Positions 61,124 to 64,000 of a stretch of DNA of 64,000 bases are shown one piece after another. The translations under genes and the position numbers were made by a program. The notes under the pieces were generated by a model. That model was not told where the DNA came from. It saw only the letters and a program-made list of their open reading frames with translations, and ran no database searches. Every line of letters begins with the position of its first letter. The first letter of the stretch is position 1. Origin of the DNA: Candidatus Nezhaarchaeales archaeon (GTDB lineage: Archaea; Thermoproteota; Methanomethylicia; Nezhaarchaeales; WYZ-LMO8); contig JAWAKK010000002.1 of NCBI GenBank assembly GCA_038887515.1, positions 1-64,000 of the forward strand, given 5' to 3'.

Positions 61124-62515
61124 TTATGGACTTGTAGCGAGTAATTCGTTTATAGTCTTCACTTGGGCTGTTACCGGTATGTCCTTATACTTCCAGTTGG
61201 CGACTATCTGTATTTCGTAGGGCCACTTAGCTCCCTTAACCCATTGCCCGCCAGCAAGCGGCGTTACAGAGTAGTGGTCTTGGTATTTAAGTAGTTGTGG
61301 AAATATTTCGGCCACCTTCTCGTAGATTGCATACTCTTCGGGGCTCAGTATCTCCTTTAACGGCTTCTTGTAGTTTATGTGACCAACAATGGTATCCAAG
61401 TCAGTATTCGCAATAGCCACCCTAACCTTCTCCTTATCCAAGCTACCAGCCCTCTTAAGAACGTCGACCACTAGCTCGAAAGCCGCGTGCGAGTACATCA
61501 TTGGGGCACACCATTGCCTACCCGTTTCTTCTTCATAAGCTCTTGTAAGGTCTTTTGGAGTCTCACCTGTTAGCGATGATATGAACGGGTAAACCGCGTG
61601 TGCCCAAACCTCTGTTGTTAAGCCTATTCCTAGACCTCTCCCAAGAGGGTCTACTCCAAGGGCTTCTACTTGAGCTGGGAAGAGGACGCACCTCGCTACG
61701 GTCACGACTTTAGGTATATAGCCAGCTTCATAGCACTGCCTCCAGAAGGACGCGAAGTCTGGTGGGAAGAATACTCCGGTCACTATGTCTGCCCCAGAAG
61801 TACGTAATGAAAGTATGTACGTGCTGAAGTCCGTAGTGCCAGGAGGGAACAAACCAAAGTCTTGTAGCTTGTAACCTCTGGCTTCAAGTACTATTGGAAA
61901 TACTTTTTGAAATGTCCATCCGTCTGGGTCGTTGCTCCATAGCCCTGCGACAAGCTTATTGGTTTCTACTTTATCCCATATGCTCGCGTACACGTGCGCT
62001 AAATCGATCTCGGTCCAGAAGGCGTGGTAGGACCATTTATAGGGAGCTCCCGTAAGCCATGCTAGGACAGGAGTATCAAGCGAAATGCACGGAACCCCAT
62101 ACCTCTCACATTGAGTAGATATGGGCACCGTCGTGTCAGGTGTGTGTAGGACTACCATTAAGTCTACGTTCTCTCTAGTTATTAGCTCAGCAGCAACTGA
62201 AGCAGCAGTATTAGGATCGCTCTTAGTATCCCTCATAATGATCTTTATCGGGACCTTCTTACCGTACTCAGCTAAGTAAACGCCGCCCATAACGTTGTTA
62301 ACGTAGTGCTCAATCCTACCTTTGATCCAAGGGTTTGGTTCAGCGAAAGCTGCTAGTTTACCGGTCGTGGGGGTGGGCCAACCTATCTTTATGTACGCGG
62401 GCGCCGCCGGAGGTAGGGTTAAGAAGTAGGCAGCAGCGCCAGCAACGGCAACAATAACGACGACGATGACAATGATTACAGCATACGTCCTCTTAATAGT
62501 TGACCCCTCCCTCAA
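61124..62515 (-). CDS. Branched-chain amino acid type ABC substrate-binding protein (no partners nearby)
   Basis: N-terminal TM, IKIG.P.P.TG, DTKSDP, RAGSLD. Confidence 0.82.
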   Translation of the reverse strand: MREGSTIKRTYAVIIVIVVVIVAVAGAAAYFLTLPPAAPAYIKIGWPTPTTGKLAAFAEPNPWIKGRIEHYVNNVMGGVYLAEYGKKVPIKIIMRDTKSDPNTAASVAAELITRENVDLMVVLHTPDTTVPISTQCERYGVPCISLDTPVLAWLTGAPYKWSYHAFWTEIDLAHVYASIWDKVETNKLVAGLWSNDPDGWTFQKVFPIVLEARGYKLQDFGLFPPGTTDFSTYILSLRTSGADIVTGVFFPPDFASFWRQCYEAGYIPKVVTVARCVLFPAQVEALGVDPLGRGLGIGLTTEVWAHAVYPFISSLTGETPKDLTRAYEEETGRQWCAPMMYSHAAFELVVDVLKRAGSLDKEKVRVAIANTDLDTIVGHINYKKPLKEILSPEEYAIYEKVAEIFPQLLKYQDHYSVTPLAGGQWVKGAKWPYEIQIVANWKYKDIPVTAQVKTINELLATSP

Positions 62516-62666
62516 CTACATATTTAGAGGGTTTAGTGTTATCTCTAATTTATAGGAGTATTAAAGTTTTACGGTCAACTTTTACCTACACGCCCGAAGA
62601 AGGGGGTCCACCTAAAGGTTAAAAATGTGTTTCTTGAGATGGTTAAGCGCTAGAAATTTAATAGCT

Positions 62667-63179
62667 CTACTTCGTTATCGGGGGCCTGTCGAAGTATATA
62701 CTTTTCGATGTTGCGCTTAGGGGGATCGCTACAACGACGTCGGCATCTATTAGTTTTAGTGCTTGAGCCGCTAGACCGGCACTATACATTACTCTATTGT
62801 CTACGTTATGGTTCGAAGCGGTCTTGGCTGCTGAGCCCACAGCTATGCCTAAGTTTATTGAGCTGAGAACTAAGTTTAGATCGTACGGGTATCCAGGAGG
62901 GGTCTTGACCCCTACGTCCTTTACCTTACAGCCTATTAGGACGACAGCGCTCGATCTCCTCACGTTATCGGCATCCCTCTTAAAGAAGTCTCCCGCGTGT
63001 ACAGCCAGTTCTTCCATCGCCTTTGCGAGCTTCTCTATATCCTCCCTATCCTTAACTATTCCAACTACTACGTTATCGATACCTTTAGCTTTAGGAGCGG
63101 TTATTGCGCTTAAAGCCATGAGCCTAGCAACGTCAATTATCGATTCCTTAACTATATCCTCCCTACCCTCTACAACCAA
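62667..63179 (-). CDS. DUF2148/ferredoxin-domain-associated protein
   Basis: TAPKAKG.D, NLGIAVGSA, VDNRVMYSAG, KSIYFDR. Confidence 0.8.
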   Translation of the reverse strand: MVVEGREDIVKESIIDVARLMALSAITAPKAKGIDNVVVGIVKDREDIEKLAKAMEELAVHAGDFFKRDADNVRRSSAVVLIGCKVKDVGVKTPPGYPYDLNLVLSSINLGIAVGSAAKTASNHNVDNRVMYSAGLAAQALKLIDADVVVAIPLSATSKSIYFDRPPITK

Positions 63180-63340
63180 GATCTTGCACCCGAGGAGATA
63201 ATGTTACGTGTGGGGTAAAAGCCTTTTGCCAAGTCTCAGGCTCGTGCGGAGGGGTTAGAAAGCAATTTTATTCTGTACCAACAGCTACATCCTTGCACAC
63301 CAAAATCTAATCGCTACTAGAAGGTCAGTAGCTACATTGG

Positions 63341-64000
63341 TTAAGCCCATGAAGGCCTGATCTCGATCTTCATAAACGCTATGTAACTAATTATCAAACA
63401 TATGTCTAGCCCTGAAATGAGGGCTGACATATGCGGCCAAGCGAGCATGAGGCTTTCGTCTAGTGGAAGGAGCTTGGGGGTTGGTATGTCTCGGGGGGTC
63501 ACGTATATTAGCTCCATGCTCTTTATCTCGGGGTTAAGCAGCACGCTCACGGCTTCCAAGTATAGTGTCGCTGGGCTTATTCTCGATATCGCTAACCTGA
63601 CTTCTTCATGGGCAAGTATTGTCGACAACGGTGGGGTCGTATAAGTGTAGGTCCCTAGTGGAACTAAGATCTCGGCTACGATGTTAGCTATCATATATAT
63701 GAAGAAGTTGAAGAAAACCCAGAGGGCTAAGCAAGCCAGCGCGGAAGTCGTCGTCCTCCGGAAGACGATCGAGAATAGGAGGCTTATGCTCATCCACAAC
63801 CCTACATAGACTGTTGATAGCAAGATGAAGTAAAGTATCCTCATAACGCCCTCGATGCCTGGACCGAAGCCGACAAGGATCATGTTAAAACCTGTAACTA
63901 TTCCGACCACGCTCGAAATTATCACTAACACAACGAGTAGCCCCGCACTTATCTTCCCGTTTATTATGGAGTCTCGGTGAAGGGGGTTTGAGAGCAATCT
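63341..64000 (-). CDS. ABC-2 type permease, 5' part outside the window
   Basis: LLSNPLHRDSIINGK motif, multiple TM segments. Confidence 0.8.
   Translation of the reverse strand, partial: RLLSNPLHRDSIINGKISAGLLVVLVIISSVVGIVTGFNMILVGFGPGIEGVMRILYFILLSTVYVGLWMSISLLFSIVFRRTTTSALACLALWVFFNFFIYMIANIVAEILVPLGTYTYTTPPLSTILAHEEVRLAISRISPATLYLEAVSVLLNPEIKSMELIYVTPRDIPTPKLLPLDESLMLAWPHMSALISGLDICLIISYIAFMKIEIRPSWA

Overview
Archaeal chromosome segment, most likely a (hyper)thermophilic TACK/Thermoproteota lineage (inferred from the crenarchaeal-type EF-2, aIF5B and gene order). 1-3.6 kb looks like the edge of an integrated element or island (RHH regulator, PD-(D/E)xK-like protein, MFS/metallo-beta-lactamase chimera), followed by tRNA-Gly(GCC). 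9-29.6 kb is the conserved information-processing superoperon (rps13-rps4-rps11-rpoD-rpl18e-rpl13-rps9-rpoN-eno-rps2-MEMO-mvk-like-ipk-fni-gltX; rpl7ae-rps28e-rpl24e-ndk-aIF5B-rps6e-aIF2gamma-PIN-rpoE1-spt4-DUF359-rps24e-kae1-bud32). Then come phoU/pstSCAB, EF-2 and a 40-64 kb accessory region (toxin-antitoxin modules, ABC transporters, pseudogenes). Main result: both essential translation-initiation GTPase genes, aIF5B and aIF2gamma, are interrupted by tiny palindromic insertions (29 and 32 nt). These fold into bulge-helix-bulge (BHB) motifs, and cutting at the canonical tRNA-splicing-endonuclease positions restores full-length proteins exactly, i.e. candidate mRNA introns in genes other than cbf5. 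The genes directly after each (rps6e and the PIN gene) seem to need non-canonical ACG and ATA start codons. All calls were made by eye from the sequence; no searches or folding programs were run.
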